Part shown: positions 51,174-61,962 of the stretch, piece by piece
Numbering within the stretch: position 1 is the first letter of the stretch
Layout of the letters: each line of letters opens with the position of its first letter
Assembly (NCBI GenBank): GCA_965235415.1
Contig: CBDDXD010000002.1
Coordinates: 93,596 to 157,595, forward strand
Reading direction: 5' to 3'
Source of the DNA: Candidatus Pelagibacterales bacterium
GTDB taxonomy: Bacteria > Pseudomonadota > Alphaproteobacteria > Pelagibacterales > Pelagibacteraceae
DNA: 64,000 nt
Made by a program: the position numbers and the translations under genes
The notes under the pieces: generated by a model
What the model was told of the DNA's origin: nothing
Database searches by the model: none
What the model saw: the letters and a program-made list of their open reading frames with translations, nothing else

Positions 51174-52688
51174 ATGAATATTTTAAAAAATATCTCTTAT
51201 TTTGGATTTTCAACTTTTTTAAGTAGAATTCTTGGTTATTTAAGGGATACTTTAATTGCAGTATTTCTTGGAACCTCAGCTGTTGCAGATGCTTTATTTG
51301 TTGCGTTTAGAATACCAAATACCTTTAGATCTTTATTTGCAGAAGGATCTTTTAATTCAGCTTTTGTTCCAGCTTACACAAAGCAAAAAGGTAGTAAAAA
51401 AAATTATTTTGCAAATCAAATATTAAATTTATTAATTATTTTTATACTTTTTATAATTTTCGTTATTGAAATATTTACACCAGAATTCTTATTTTTTATT
51501 TCACCTGGTTTTCAAGATATTGATGGAAAATTTGATCTTGCCGTAGAACTTAGTAGAATTACATTTCCATTTTTATTTTTTATATCTATTTCATCTTTTC
51601 TTTCAGCTATCTTAAATTCAAAAGGAAAGTTTTTAATCACAGCAGCAGCACCTATTATATTAAATATTTTATTAATTTTATCTTTAGTTTTTTTTCATAG
51701 TTCTCATACAGAAGTAGTTTATGCTTCTTCTTATGCTTTAACTCTTGCTGGAATTATTCAGGTTATTTTTTTATTTTTCTTTGCAAAAAAATATTTCAAG
51801 ATTAAGTTAAGTTTTGTTATTAATATTAATAACCAAGTTAAGTCTTTTTTTAAAAAATTATTACCGAGTATTTTTGCATCGGGTGTAAATCAGATTAATA
51901 TTTTAATCGGTACAATTATTGCTTCATTTGAGAGTGGAGCAGTTTCTTATTTGTATTATGCTGATAGAATTTATCAGCTACCACTAGCTTTGACTGGAAT
52001 TGCGATCGCAACAGTGATTTTACCAAGTTTATCTAAAGAGGTTTTTAAATTGAAATTGACAAAAGTAAATTTTATTCAAAATCGTTCTTTAGAGTTGTGT
52101 TTGTTTTTATCCTTACCAGCAACCATAGGAATTTTTATTGCCTCAAAACAAATTATATCGGCTTTATATGGTTACGGTTTTTTTGATGAGGAGAGCGTTA
52201 TGAATACATCTGCAGCCCTTTTATTATTTGGAATAGGCCTGCCTGCTTTTGGATTAATTAAAATTTATTCAAGTTTTTACTTTGCAAGAAGTAATACAAA
52301 ATTTCCTTTTTACTTGTCTTTGTTTTCAGTAATTTTAAATATTTCAATTAGTCTTGCTTTATTTAAAAGCTATGGTTTTTTAATCATACCTCTTGCAACT
52401 AGTATCTCAGCTTGGCTGACAGTTATTATTTACCAACTAAATCTTATTAAATCGGGATATCATTCCTTTGATAAATTGTTTGTCATTAGATTTATAAAAT
52501 CAATTTTGTGCACAGTAATGATGGGATTAATTCTCTCTGTTTTATTAAAATATTTTGCAAATTATTTAGAATCAAAATCGATATTAAAAGCTATGACTTT
52601 AATATCTATGGTTTTATTTTCTGCGTTTATCTACTTTTTAACTGCCTATTTTTTAAAAGCGTTTCGTATTAAAGATTTAAAGGTTTAA
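51174..52688 (+). CDS. murJ: Lipid II flippase MurJ
   Basis: SRILGYLRD, AFRIPNTFRSLFAEG, YYADRIYQLP; multi-TM. Confidence 0.97.
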   Translation: MNILKNISYFGFSTFLSRILGYLRDTLIAVFLGTSAVADALFVAFRIPNTFRSLFAEGSFNSAFVPAYTKQKGSKKNYFANQILNLLIIFILFIIFVIEIFTPEFLFFISPGFQDIDGKFDLAVELSRITFPFLFFISISSFLSAILNSKGKFLITAAAPIILNILLILSLVFFHSSHTEVVYASSYALTLAGIIQVIFLFFFAKKYFKIKLSFVININNQVKSFFKKLLPSIFASGVNQINILIGTIIASFESGAVSYLYYADRIYQLPLALTGIAIATVILPSLSKEVFKLKLTKVNFIQNRSLELCLFLSLPATIGIFIASKQIISALYGYGFFDEESVMNTSAALLLFGIGLPAFGLIKIYSSFYFARSNTKFPFYLSLFSVILNISISLALFKSYGFLIIPLATSISAWLTVIIYQLNLIKSGYHSFDKLFVIRFIKSILCTVMMGLILSVLLKYFANYLESKSILKAMTLISMVLFSAFIYFLTAYFLKAFRIKDLKV

Positions 52689-52695
52689 ATTTTAA

Positions 52696-53703
52696 ATGAT
52701 TAAAAATAGAATTTTATCCGGTGTTCAGCCAACGGGAAACCTTCATCTTGGCAATTATTTAGGTGCAATCAAAAATTTTGTTAAATTACAAAAAGATTAT
52801 GAGTGCTATTTTATGTTAGCAGACCTTCATTCAATCACAATCTTTCAAGATCCTAAACAACTAAGAGAAAATATAATTGAAACTGCGGCTGTTTTTCTTG
52901 CCTGCGGATTAGATCCAAAAAAGAATGTGATATTTTGCCAGTCGAGTGTTCCCGGACATTCTGAATTGGCATGGATATTTAATTGTGTTGCGCGAATTGG
53001 GTGGTTAAATCGAATGACGCAATTTAAAGAAAAGGCAGGATCAAACAAAGAAAAGGCAAGTGTTGGTCTTTATTCTTATCCAACTTTAATGGCAGCTGAT
53101 ATTTTGCTTTATAAAGCAACGCATGTACCTGTGGGAGAAGATCAAAAACAACATTTAGAACTATGTAGAGATATTGCTGTTAAATTTAATAATGATTTTA
53201 ATTGCAAGGATTTTTTTTCATTGCCGGAGCCTATTATTACAAAAGAAGTTGCAAGAATTATGAGTTTAAAAGACGGAACTAAAAAAATGAGCAAGTCTGA
53301 TGAGTCTGAGGCTTCAAGAATTAATTTAACTGATACCGAAGAAGATATTATACAAAAAATTAGAAAGGCGAAAACGGATAACGATTTAATTCCAAAAAAT
53401 GAGTTACAATTAGCTGATAGACCAGAGGCTAGAAATTTAATTAATATCTTATCTATTTTAAATAGCAGTACAATTGAAAAAACATTAAAAGACTTAAGCG
53501 GTAAAAATTTCTCAGAATTAAAAAACAAATTAAGCGAAGTTTTGATTAAAGAAATTGTACCTATTGGAAAAAAGATTAAAGAATTTAAAAAAGATACGGA
53601 TACAATTAAAAAAATATTAAAGAGTGGCAGCGAAAAAGCTAATATTGAATCTCAAAAAACTATAAAAGAAGTACAAAAGATTATTGGATTATCTCTTTCT
53701 TAA
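52696..53703 (+). CDS. trpS: Tryptophan--tRNA ligase
   Basis: SGVQPTGNLHLGNY, YPTLMAADIL, VPVGEDQKQHLE, KKMSKS. Confidence 0.99.
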   Translation: MIKNRILSGVQPTGNLHLGNYLGAIKNFVKLQKDYECYFMLADLHSITIFQDPKQLRENIIETAAVFLACGLDPKKNVIFCQSSVPGHSELAWIFNCVARIGWLNRMTQFKEKAGSNKEKASVGLYSYPTLMAADILLYKATHVPVGEDQKQHLELCRDIAVKFNNDFNCKDFFSLPEPIITKEVARIMSLKDGTKKMSKSDESEASRINLTDTEEDIIQKIRKAKTDNDLIPKNELQLADRPEARNLINILSILNSSTIEKTLKDLSGKNFSELKNKLSEVLIKEIVPIGKKIKEFKKDTDTIKKILKSGSEKANIESQKTIKEVQKIIGLSLS

Positions 53704-54158
53704 TGAGAAAAAATTATTTAGTTATTATTGATGAAAGTGATGAATTAAAGAATGCAATTTATTTTGCAGCCAAAAGATCAGTTGTAAATAATGCTAATTT
53801 AATAATGCTTTATGTTGTAAGACCTGCTGTGAATGCAGAATGGGCGTCTGTCGGTAATCTTATTGAGCAAGAGGAGACAAGTGAGGGAAAAAAAATCAGT
53901 AGGCTTTGGTCTACTGTAGTTGAAGAAAAATTTAAAATTAAACCACAGATCATTATTAAGATGGGCGATAAGGTTGATGAGATAATTAAGTTTCTCAAAG
54001 AGAATGAAAGTATTAGATTTTTGGTATTAGCTTCCTCAACTGATAGCGACCCAGGCCCTATTATCAAATCCTTATCAAAAAAAATGAATGATTTACCGGT
54101 GCCGTTAGTGATAATTCCAGGTGGTATTTCTGAAAAAGAACTTGATAACTTAATATAA
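53703..54158 (+). CDS. Universal stress protein
   Basis: YLVIIDES, LVLAS, GPII, VPLVIIPG; lies between trpS and nfuA. Confidence 0.85.
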   Translation: MRKNYLVIIDESDELKNAIYFAAKRSVVNNANLIMLYVVRPAVNAEWASVGNLIEQEETSEGKKISRLWSTVVEEKFKIKPQIIIKMGDKVDEIIKFLKENESIRFLVLASSTDSDPGPIIKSLSKKMNDLPVPLVIIPGGISEKELDNLI

Positions 54159-54231
54159 GTTATTGAATTATAAGCCTTATTATAAATAGTAATTACTTTA
54201 ACAACAAATCATACTAACTAAATATACACTT

Positions 54232-54771
54232 ATGAATATAGATGTGCAGCAGACTCCAAATCCAGACACATTAAAATTTGTGTTAGGTTTTGAGTTAGTG
54301 CAAAACGGTACTATAGAATTTAAAAGCCATTTGGAGGCTAAAGAGTATCCTTTTGTTCAAAAAATATTTGAACTTGGCGCTGAGCTTGTCTTTTTTGGAG
54401 CTAATTTTATCTCCGTTAAAAAAAATAGTTCTTTAGAGTGGCGAGAAATATTAGAAGAAATTAAAAATATTATAAAAATTGATTTTCCAAAAAATTTTAA
54501 GGCAATCAGTATACAAAAAGAGACAAGCGAAAATAAAGATGAGATATTTAAAAAAATAGAAGAAGTACTCGAGCTTAAAATTCGACCTGCAGTTGCAATG
54601 GATGGAGGCAATATTAGTTTAAGATCTTTTGTTGATGGTGTAGCTGAAGTTGAACTACAAGGCAGTTGTGCAGGCTGTCCATCTTCTACATTAACTTTAA
54701 AACAAGGCGTTGAACGAATGCTTGTTCATTATGTGCCTGAAGTGAAAAGCGTTAGAGCTGTAACTCTATAA
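54232..54771 (+). CDS. nfuA: NifU/NfuA Fe-S cluster carrier
   Basis: QTPNPDTLKF, IRPAVAMDGGNI, LQGSCAGCPSS (CxxC), TLKQGVE. Confidence 0.93.
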   Translation: MNIDVQQTPNPDTLKFVLGFELVQNGTIEFKSHLEAKEYPFVQKIFELGAELVFFGANFISVKKNSSLEWREILEEIKNIIKIDFPKNFKAISIQKETSENKDEIFKKIEEVLELKIRPAVAMDGGNISLRSFVDGVAEVELQGSCAGCPSSTLTLKQGVERMLVHYVPEVKSVRAVTL

Positions 54772-54782
54772 TCTAAACCAAT

Positions 54783-55934
54783 ATGAATAAAATTATTTTT
54801 AATCAAAAATTAATTAATTTTTTTAAAAAAATAAAAGAAGCAATTTTAAATAATGGTTTCTCGCGTTATATCGTTGATACAATTGCTCCAACCTTTAGAT
54901 TTTTTTCTTTTATTTTAAAAAACATAAATAAAATTTATTTTTTTTTAATTAAGAGAGTTAATCTTAAAAAAATATTGCCTTACACTGTGATTATAGCTTT
55001 GGTAATTTTTACTGCTTTTGTTCCAGAAATTTTTAAATCTACAGCCGATAAAAGAAAAATTATAAATAATCAAACAGAAGAATATACGACTAACGATCCT
55101 TCCATCGATCAGATGTTAAAGAAAAGTTTTTTAACAAGTGATACAAAAAAATTAGGCCTAGATTTTCAACAAGTTGTCAGTATTATTAATTTATTTGAGA
55201 AGAGTGGTTATAATCTTGAAAAAGTAAGAGAAGGCGAACCAGTTGCTAATTTCTTTTTAGCAAAATTTCCAGAAGGTATTAGTGAATTAGATAATATTGA
55301 ACAAAGAAAAAGAATTTTTATACAAATATTGTTACCCATTGTTTTATCAGAGAATGAAAAAATTATTGCTGATCGAAGAAAGTTAATTGCAATAATGAAT
55401 AGAAAAAGTTTTAAAAAAGATTCTGATTGGTTAAACGAAAAATTTCAACAATACAAAGTTAAAAATAATAGTGTTAAAGAATTATTAGTTAAAATGGACA
55501 TTATTCCTCCTTCGTTAGCTATAGCCCAAGCAGCTTATGAAAGTGGCTGGGGAACTTCTCGTTTTGCAATAGAGGGCAATGCTTTATTTGGTCAGTGGGG
55601 ATGGAAAGAAAATAAAGGAATGGTACCAGAAAATCGAGGCGAAGATGAAAAGCATGAAGTTTCAAAGTTTAATCAAATTAGATATGCTGTGAGCGCTTAT
55701 AAGAATAACCTAAATACACATCCATTTTATGAGGAATTTCGAACAGAAAGAGCTAAACAAAGATCAGGTAGATTAAGCGGATCAATATCAGGAATAAAAT
55801 TAATTAAATATGTTCATAAATATTCAATTAAAGGTGATGATTATGTTCTTGGTTTAAAGAAAATTATTGAGCAAAATTCTTTGCAAGATTTCGATAAAGC
55901 AAACTTATTAGTTAAGAGATCAGGATCGATCTAA
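54783..55934 (+). CDS. Membrane-anchored glucosaminidase (GH73/Bax-like)
   Basis: N-terminal TM; IIPPSLAIAQAAYESGWGTSRFAIEGNALFGQW, NLNTHPFY, KYS..GDDY. Confidence 0.88.
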   Translation: MNKIIFNQKLINFFKKIKEAILNNGFSRYIVDTIAPTFRFFSFILKNINKIYFFLIKRVNLKKILPYTVIIALVIFTAFVPEIFKSTADKRKIINNQTEEYTTNDPSIDQMLKKSFLTSDTKKLGLDFQQVVSIINLFEKSGYNLEKVREGEPVANFFLAKFPEGISELDNIEQRKRIFIQILLPIVLSENEKIIADRRKLIAIMNRKSFKKDSDWLNEKFQQYKVKNNSVKELLVKMDIIPPSLAIAQAAYESGWGTSRFAIEGNALFGQWGWKENKGMVPENRGEDEKHEVSKFNQIRYAVSAYKNNLNTHPFYEEFRTERAKQRSGRLSGSISGIKLIKYVHKYSIKGDDYVLGLKKIIEQNSLQDFDKANLLVKRSGSI

Positions 55935-56983
55935 TTTCCGTCTATTACAAATTGGAAACCCAACCAACGCCATTGATTATCTTTATCTAATAAAGAACAA
56001 TTAATTCTTCCTGTTCTTGTTGTAAATTTCTTATCCAAATTTATTTTTATCCAATTTTTTTCAATATAAGAGATTTTCTTTTTATTCCACTCGCCACCAT
56101 CATTAGCAAAGCAATTAATCTTTTCTAAGTTATTAATCTCTTTAAAAAACTCTATTTCAATTTTTGGAGGATTTTCTGATTTTGTAATAAATTTATTTTC
56201 TGGTTTAAAAGATTTAAAAGGAAAAGGTTTAGTATTTAACAATGTTAAAAATCTTTCGGGTTTTCCATAATTTTCATTTACTGGATAGCGTGGTAGTTCA
56301 AATAAATCTTTTGATTTATCAATTACTCCTGAATGTTGTCCAAAGGCTAATTCGTAATTAAATTCTTTTACAATTTTTTTAAAAGTAGAACTATACTCAC
56401 CAAATGGATATGAAAAATATTTAGGTTTAAAAGATAGTTCTCTTAAAAAATCTTTATGAGATTTTTCTAAATCTTCTCTGATTTCAGTTTCAGATTTATT
56501 AATTAAATATTCATGGGAAAAACTATGACCACCGATAGTCCCAATTTTTGAATTATGAATTTCTCGTATCTGATCCCAAGTCATATAATTTGGGTTATTG
56601 GCGTTCACTTCTCGGGTGTTAAAAAATAGAATGAATGGGATTTTTTTTTCTTTTAATATTTTCCAGCCATTATCGTAAAAAGATCTAAAAGCATCATCAA
56701 CAGTAATTAAAACTTTCTTAGAATCATAACTTTTATTTTCAATAAGAATCTTTCTTAACTCATCAATAGAAATAAATTCAATCTTATTTTGATTAATAAT
56801 TTCAAGTTGTAAATTAAACTCTTTAAGTCTCACATTGGTTGTTGGATATTTATTTTCTTCAAAACGATGATACATTAATCCAATAATTCCTTTTTCATTT
56901 TGATATTCTTGAGAGTTAACTGGATAAAGATTAACAATTATTAAAAAAGTAATTAAAACAATTCTTTTTATGAATGGAACCAT
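55931..56983 (-). CDS. Exported polysaccharide deacetylase (NodB/CE4 domain)
   Basis: Signal peptide MVPFIKRIVLITFLIIVNLYPVNSQ, LMYHRF, LITVDDAF, GGHSFSH, FSYPFGEY, LPRYP. Confidence 0.9.
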   Translation of the reverse strand: MVPFIKRIVLITFLIIVNLYPVNSQEYQNEKGIIGLMYHRFEENKYPTTNVRLKEFNLQLEIINQNKIEFISIDELRKILIENKSYDSKKVLITVDDAFRSFYDNGWKILKEKKIPFILFFNTREVNANNPNYMTWDQIREIHNSKIGTIGGHSFSHEYLINKSETEIREDLEKSHKDFLRELSFKPKYFSYPFGEYSSTFKKIVKEFNYELAFGQHSGVIDKSKDLFELPRYPVNENYGKPERFLTLLNTKPFPFKSFKPENKFITKSENPPKIEIEFFKEINNLEKINCFANDGGEWNKKKISYIEKNWIKINLDKKFTTRTGRINCSLLDKDNQWRWLGFQFVIDGN

Positions 56984-57530
56984 GAATTCTCGTTTTTGTT
57001 CAATCGATTTTACTCTTGGATGTTTAATACTAATTGCAAAGGAAAACAATTCTGACTTTACTTTTGTTAAAGATAAATTCTCAAATAGTGAAAATTTTAT
57101 AAATATTCTTCTAGATTTCTTTAAAGAGAATAATTTAAAAATAGAAAACTTAGATTTTTTTATGATTAATTTAGGACCTGGTGGATTTGTTGGTCTTAGA
57201 AATATTTTATCTTCAATTAAAAGTATTGCTTTAGTTAAGAAAATTAAAGTACTTGGATTTAATAATTTTCAGATTCTAAAAACTACAATTGTTAATCAAG
57301 ATTATGAAAAAGTCGCTTTAGAAGTGAATAATAGATTTTATATAAAAGATTTAAAAAATTGCGATGACTATTATTCAAAATTTAATTCACAAAATACTTT
57401 AGAAAAAAAAAGCGGTAAAATAGTTAAATTTTCAAAATTACCTAAATACACATCTAAGAATCTTCAATATATTTTAGATAATAAACTTTTTATTGATAGT
57501 AATTTGTTCCCTATTTATGAAAATATGTAA
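56982..57530 (+). CDS. tsaB: TsaB-like (glycoprotease M22 family) protein, short and divergent
   Basis: DFFMINLGPGGFVGLR matches the TsaB GPGSFTGLR motif; VLGFNNF; lies upstream of miaB. Confidence 0.7.
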   Translation: MNSRFCSIDFTLGCLILIAKENNSDFTFVKDKFSNSENFINILLDFFKENNLKIENLDFFMINLGPGGFVGLRNILSSIKSIALVKKIKVLGFNNFQILKTTIVNQDYEKVALEVNNRFYIKDLKNCDDYYSKFNSQNTLEKKSGKIVKFSKLPKYTSKNLQYILDNKLFIDSNLFPIYENM

Positions 57531-57598
57531 CAAATATATTTCATTTATTTGTTTTTTTTTATACCTTCATACCTTCTAATATTTTGAGATTAAAATAA

Positions 57599-58936
57599 TT
57601 GTTAAAAAAATTTTATATAAAGACTTTTGGTTGTCAGATGAATGAGTATGATTCTGATAAAATATCTGACCTAATGCAGTCTGTTAATTTTGTAAGATCT
57701 GAAACTCTAGCAGATGTAGATTGCATTATATTTAATACTTGTCACATTAGAGAAAAAGCAACTGAAAAAGTTTATTCTGATATTGGTAAAATTAAAAAAC
57801 TAAATCGATCAAAAAAGAAACCCATTTTTGTATTAGCAGGATGCATAGCTCAGGCACAAGGAAAAGAGATTTTTAAAAGAACCAATTATGTTGATATTGT
57901 TGTTGGACCGCAATCTTACCATCGATTACCAGAACAGATTAAAAATTTTGCAGAAAGAAAAGAAAATTTTTCTGATACCAATTTTGAGTTAATAGAAAAA
58001 TTTGACACTTTGGATAATTTAAAATCTTCAAGAAAATCTAAAACTTCTGAATTTTTAACGATCCAGGAAGGTTGTGATAAATTTTGTGCTTTTTGCGTTG
58101 TTCCTTACACAAGAGGTCCTGAATATTCTAGATCATTTAACAGCATTATTAATGAAGCAAAAAAATTATCAGACAATGGAGTTAGAGAAATTGTTTTACT
58201 TGGGCAAAATGTTAGCGCTTATAATTTTATTGATGGAAATAAAACCTATAATCTTGCAAAACTCATAAATGAGATTGCTAAAATTAATTCAATTCATCGG
58301 ATACGTTTTACCACTTCTCATCCTAATGATATGGATCAAGAATTGATTGAAGCATTTAAATATCAAAAAAAATTAATGCCCCAATTACATCTACCTATCC
58401 AATCAGGATCTAATAAAATTTTAAAATTAATGAACAGAAAACATACAAGAGAATATTATTTGGATTTAATTGCTAAATTTAAAGAAGCAAATTCAGAAAT
58501 AGAGTTTTCTAGTGATTTTATAATCGGTTTTCCAGGTGAGGATGAAAAAGATTTTCAAGATACACTTGATATCATTAATAGAGTAAATTTTATAAACTCT
58601 TATTCATTTATTTATAGTCAAAGACCAGGCACTCCGGCCGTTGACCGGGATCAAATATCATTAGATATATGCAAAGATCGACTGCTAAAGTTGCAGACTT
58701 TATTAGCTGAAATTCAAACGAAAAACAGTAAACAGTTAATTGGTAAGAAAGTTGAAATATTGATTGAAAACAAAACTAAAACACCAGGCCAATTTTTTGG
58801 CAGAAGTAAATTTATGCATTCTATTTTCTTTAACTCTGAAAATTGTAATCCAGGAGATTTAGCGGATGTTGAAATTACTTCCTGCAATAGTAAAAATCTT
58901 TTTGGTATCTTGCAAAAACAAGAAGCGCTCGTTTAA
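57599..58936 (+). CDS. miaB: tRNA-i6A37 methylthiotransferase
   Basis: TFGCQMNEYDS, NTCHIREKA, QEGCDKFCAFCVVPY radical SAM motif, TRAM domain. Confidence 0.98.
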   Translation: MLKKFYIKTFGCQMNEYDSDKISDLMQSVNFVRSETLADVDCIIFNTCHIREKATEKVYSDIGKIKKLNRSKKKPIFVLAGCIAQAQGKEIFKRTNYVDIVVGPQSYHRLPEQIKNFAERKENFSDTNFELIEKFDTLDNLKSSRKSKTSEFLTIQEGCDKFCAFCVVPYTRGPEYSRSFNSIINEAKKLSDNGVREIVLLGQNVSAYNFIDGNKTYNLAKLINEIAKINSIHRIRFTTSHPNDMDQELIEAFKYQKKLMPQLHLPIQSGSNKILKLMNRKHTREYYLDLIAKFKEANSEIEFSSDFIIGFPGEDEKDFQDTLDIINRVNFINSYSFIYSQRPGTPAVDRDQISLDICKDRLLKLQTLLAEIQTKNSKQLIGKKVEILIENKTKTPGQFFGRSKFMHSIFFNSENCNPGDLADVEITSCNSKNLFGILQKQEALV

Positions 58937-59961
58937 TGAATATATCTAAAGTTTCAAGTTCACAGATAGAAATTATTGAGAAAAATAATGACTATTTAAG
59001 TTTTTATATAAAAAATAATTTAGTTTTAAGTAAAATCATTGGTGAGTTTGATTCCAATCTTAAAGAAATAGAAAATATTACTAATACGAAAATAAATTTA
59101 AGAGGAAATCTAATGATCGTTCGTGGTGATTTGAATAACAGACAGTCGGTCGTTCAAATTATGGATAATCTCATAGCAAAATTTGTAAACACTAACAGCA
59201 TCGAAAAAGAAGACATAAAAACTATTTTTGATGTAACTAAAATGAATAGAGTGGATGCAAATCCTAATTCAATTTATGGTGATAATGATGCTATTAAAAC
59301 ATCAAAAAAAATTATTCTACCAAGATCAGAAAAACAAAAAATTTACGTTGATGCTTTAAAAAATCATAGAATTGTAATGGCATTAGGACCTGCTGGAACT
59401 GGAAAAACATTCTTGGCGGTTGCGGTAGCTGTTACTTTTTTATTAGAAGATAAAGTAAAAAAAATAATATTATCAAGACCTGCAGTGGAAGCTGGAGAAA
59501 ATTTAGGTTTTTTACCCGGTGATATGAAAGATAAAATTGATCCTTATCTTATTCCTCTTTACGATTCTCTTTATGAACTATTAGGTTACGAAAAAATTCA
59601 AAGAAAAATAGAAGAGGGGATAATAGAAATTGCACCACTTGCGTTTATGCGTGGAAGAACGCTTAAAGACTCATTTGTCATATTAGATGAAGCACAAAAT
59701 GCAACGTTTACTCAAATTAAAATGTTTCTAACTAGACTTGGTAATAACTCAACAATGGTGATTAATGGAGATCCATCACAAGTTGATTTGGCAAAGTCAA
59801 AAGAGTCAGGACTTTATGAGACCACAAAAATTCTTAAAGATGTTAAAGAAATTAAAACTATAAACTTTGATCATAGCGATGTTATGAGACATCCTTTGGT
59901 TTCTAAAATTGTTAAGGCTTATGATGATTATAAAAAAAAAGAGCCAAATGGTAAAAGTTAA
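58936..59961 (+). CDS. phoH: PhoH family ATPase
   Basis: GPAGTGKT, SRPAVEAGENLGFLPG, APLAFMRGRTL, DEAQN, RHPLV. Confidence 0.96.
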   Translation: MNISKVSSSQIEIIEKNNDYLSFYIKNNLVLSKIIGEFDSNLKEIENITNTKINLRGNLMIVRGDLNNRQSVVQIMDNLIAKFVNTNSIEKEDIKTIFDVTKMNRVDANPNSIYGDNDAIKTSKKIILPRSEKQKIYVDALKNHRIVMALGPAGTGKTFLAVAVAVTFLLEDKVKKIILSRPAVEAGENLGFLPGDMKDKIDPYLIPLYDSLYELLGYEKIQRKIEEGIIEIAPLAFMRGRTLKDSFVILDEAQNATFTQIKMFLTRLGNNSTMVINGDPSQVDLAKSKESGLYETTKILKDVKEIKTINFDHSDVMRHPLVSKIVKAYDDYKKKEPNGKS

Positions 59962-60415
59962 TTTAGTTATTGATAATAAGAACTGGAAATCTAGATATCC
60001 TAAAATTAATTTGTTTCTTAACAAAAGTATAAAAAAGATTTTATCATTTATTTTTTTATCTCGAGCAACTACCTTTGAAATATCTGTTCTTCTAACGGGT
60101 ACAAAAAATATGAAGGGTCTTAATAAAAGATTTAGAAAAATAAATAAAGATACAGACGTTTTATCATTTCCAGCTGAGGAAAAAAAATTCTTTAAGAAGG
60201 ATCTTAAATTTAATGAAAAAATTTACCTTGGAGATATAGCGTTAAGCTATGAATATATTGTCGCGATTATTAAAAAGCAGAATATAAGTTTTGATGATTA
60301 TTTTAAAAAGATTTTAGTCCACGGTGTTTTGCATCTAATTGGTTATGAACATAATTCATTTAAAAAATATAAAAAAATGCATTTGTTAGAGCAAAAAATT
60401 ATTAGAAATATTTAA
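59948..60415 (+). CDS. ybeY: Endoribonuclease YbeY
   Basis: TDVLSFP, LGDI, HGVLHLIGYEH; likely start is the ATG at 59948. Confidence 0.96.
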   Translation: MVKVNLVIDNKNWKSRYPKINLFLNKSIKKILSFIFLSRATTFEISVLLTGTKNMKGLNKRFRKINKDTDVLSFPAEEKKFFKKDLKFNEKIYLGDIALSYEYIVAIIKKQNISFDDYFKKILVHGVLHLIGYEHNSFKKYKKMHLLEQKIIRNI

Positions 60416-60423
60416 AACCAAAG

Positions 60424-61962
60424 ATGTCAAAAAAAAATATCTTTTTTTTTTATATTTTTTTATTGCTATTGGGTTCTCTATCTAGCTTTTCTTTACCTCC
60501 TTATAATTTTATCTTTATAAATTTTATTACTTACTCTCTATTTTTGTATTTAATAATTCTGTTTAAAGAGAAAAGAGTTAAATTATCTAGTTTCTTTTTT
60601 TTAGGTTTTGCTTTTGGCTATGGATATTTTGTAAGTAGCCTTTACTGGGTAGCGCACTCATTAACTTTTGATAAACAGTTAACTTTTTTAATTCCCGTTG
60701 CCATATTCGGTCTACCTATTTTACTTGCTGTATTTTACGGCTTTGCAGTACTCGTAATCCATTCTTTTATAAAAAGAGATTATATGTTTTTATTAATCTT
60801 TTCTATTTCTTTATCTGTATTTGAATATTTACGAGGAATATTATTTACGGGATTTTCTTGGAATCTAATATCTTATTCATGGAGTTTTTCACTAGAGAAC
60901 ATTCAAATATTAAAATTTATTGGCACATATACTTTTAACTTTTTTAGCATTCTTATCTTTTCAATTTACTTTAATTCTTTATGGCCTTTGCAGTTTAAGA
61001 AAATATTAATTAATTCTGTTTTTTTATTTAGTATTTTAATTTCTAATTACTTATTTGGAAAAATTATTATAAAAAATTCAGAGTTGAATCACTATAACGA
61101 AGTTAAAGTAAAAATAGTTCAGCCCAATATTGATATTGCAAAGACTTGGGGCATTGAAAATGAGAATAGAAATTTAATTTCTTTAATTAATCTTAGCAAA
61201 ACTAATAAAGATGAAAGAACTTTAATTGTTTGGCCCGAGGGGATGATCCAGCAGACCAATCCTAAAGATCTATATAAATATAAAGAATATTTTAATAAAA
61301 ATTTTTCTAAAAATCATTTAGTGATTGTCGGCGTAACTAATCCAAGCATTTCTGGTAATAAAATTAATTTTTATAATTCCTTAGTGATACTGAATAATAA
61401 TGCTGAAGTTGTTAGCGTTTACAACAAAATAAAACTTGTTCCATTTGGAGAATTTATCCCTTTTGAAAATTTATTAACAAAATGGGGATTAAAAAAAATC
61501 ACATTTGGGTACAGTTCTTTCTCTTCAGGAAATGAAAGAAAAGAGATTAAAATATTTAATAATTTATCTTTCCTGCCTTTGCTTTGTTATGAAATAATTT
61601 ATTCTGGAGATCTTAAACTTAATTCTAAAGAATATAATTTTATAATTAATATTTCAGAAGATGGTTGGTTTGGAGACTCAATTGGTCCTTATCAACATTT
61701 AACTCAAGCAGTTTTTAGAGCAGTAGAGCAAGGTGTTCCAATTGTAAGATCAACTAACAAAGGAATGTCTGCTTTTATTTCTCCAAATGGAAAAATTATA
61801 AATTCTTTAGAGTTAAATAAATCTGGATTTATTGATTTAAAATTGTCCTTTTTAAAAGGAAAAACCTTATTTTCTTTATTAGAAAACTATATTTTTTATT
61901 TTATAATCTTCTTAAGTATTATATTCGTTATTGCTCTTAGAAAATTAAATAAGAATGGCTAA
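60424..61962 (+). CDS. lnt: Apolipoprotein N-acyltransferase
   Basis: [53 protein letters not shown]. Confidence 0.96.
   Translation: MSKKNIFFFYIFLLLLGSLSSFSLPPYNFIFINFITYSLFLYLIILFKEKRVKLSSFFFLGFAFGYGYFVSSLYWVAHSLTFDKQLTFLIPVAIFGLPILLAVFYGFAVLVIHSFIKRDYMFLLIFSISLSVFEYLRGILFTGFSWNLISYSWSFSLENIQILKFIGTYTFNFFSILIFSIYFNSLWPLQFKKILINSVFLFSILISNYLFGKIIIKNSELNHYNEVKVKIVQPNIDIAKTWGIENENRNLISLINLSKTNKDERTLIVWPEGMIQQTNPKDLYKYKEYFNKNFSKNHLVIVGVTNPSISGNKINFYNSLVILNNNAEVVSVYNKIKLVPFGEFIPFENLLTKWGLKKITFGYSSFSSGNERKEIKIFNNLSFLPLLCYEIIYSGDLKLNSKEYNFIINISEDGWFGDSIGPYQHLTQAVFRAVEQGVPIVRSTNKGMSAFISPNGKIINSLELNKSGFIDLKLSFLKGKTLFSLLENYIFYFIIFLSIIFVIALRKLNKNG

Noticed and set aside
56984-57049. Longer start for the polysaccharide deacetylase
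   Set aside because: It would place 22 residues before a clear signal peptide and overlap tsaB further; the ATG at 56983 fits better.
61900-61960. SAM riboswitch upstream of metK
   Set aside because: The metK start overlaps the lnt stop, so there is no leader, and no SAM-II/SAM-V-like motif was seen.
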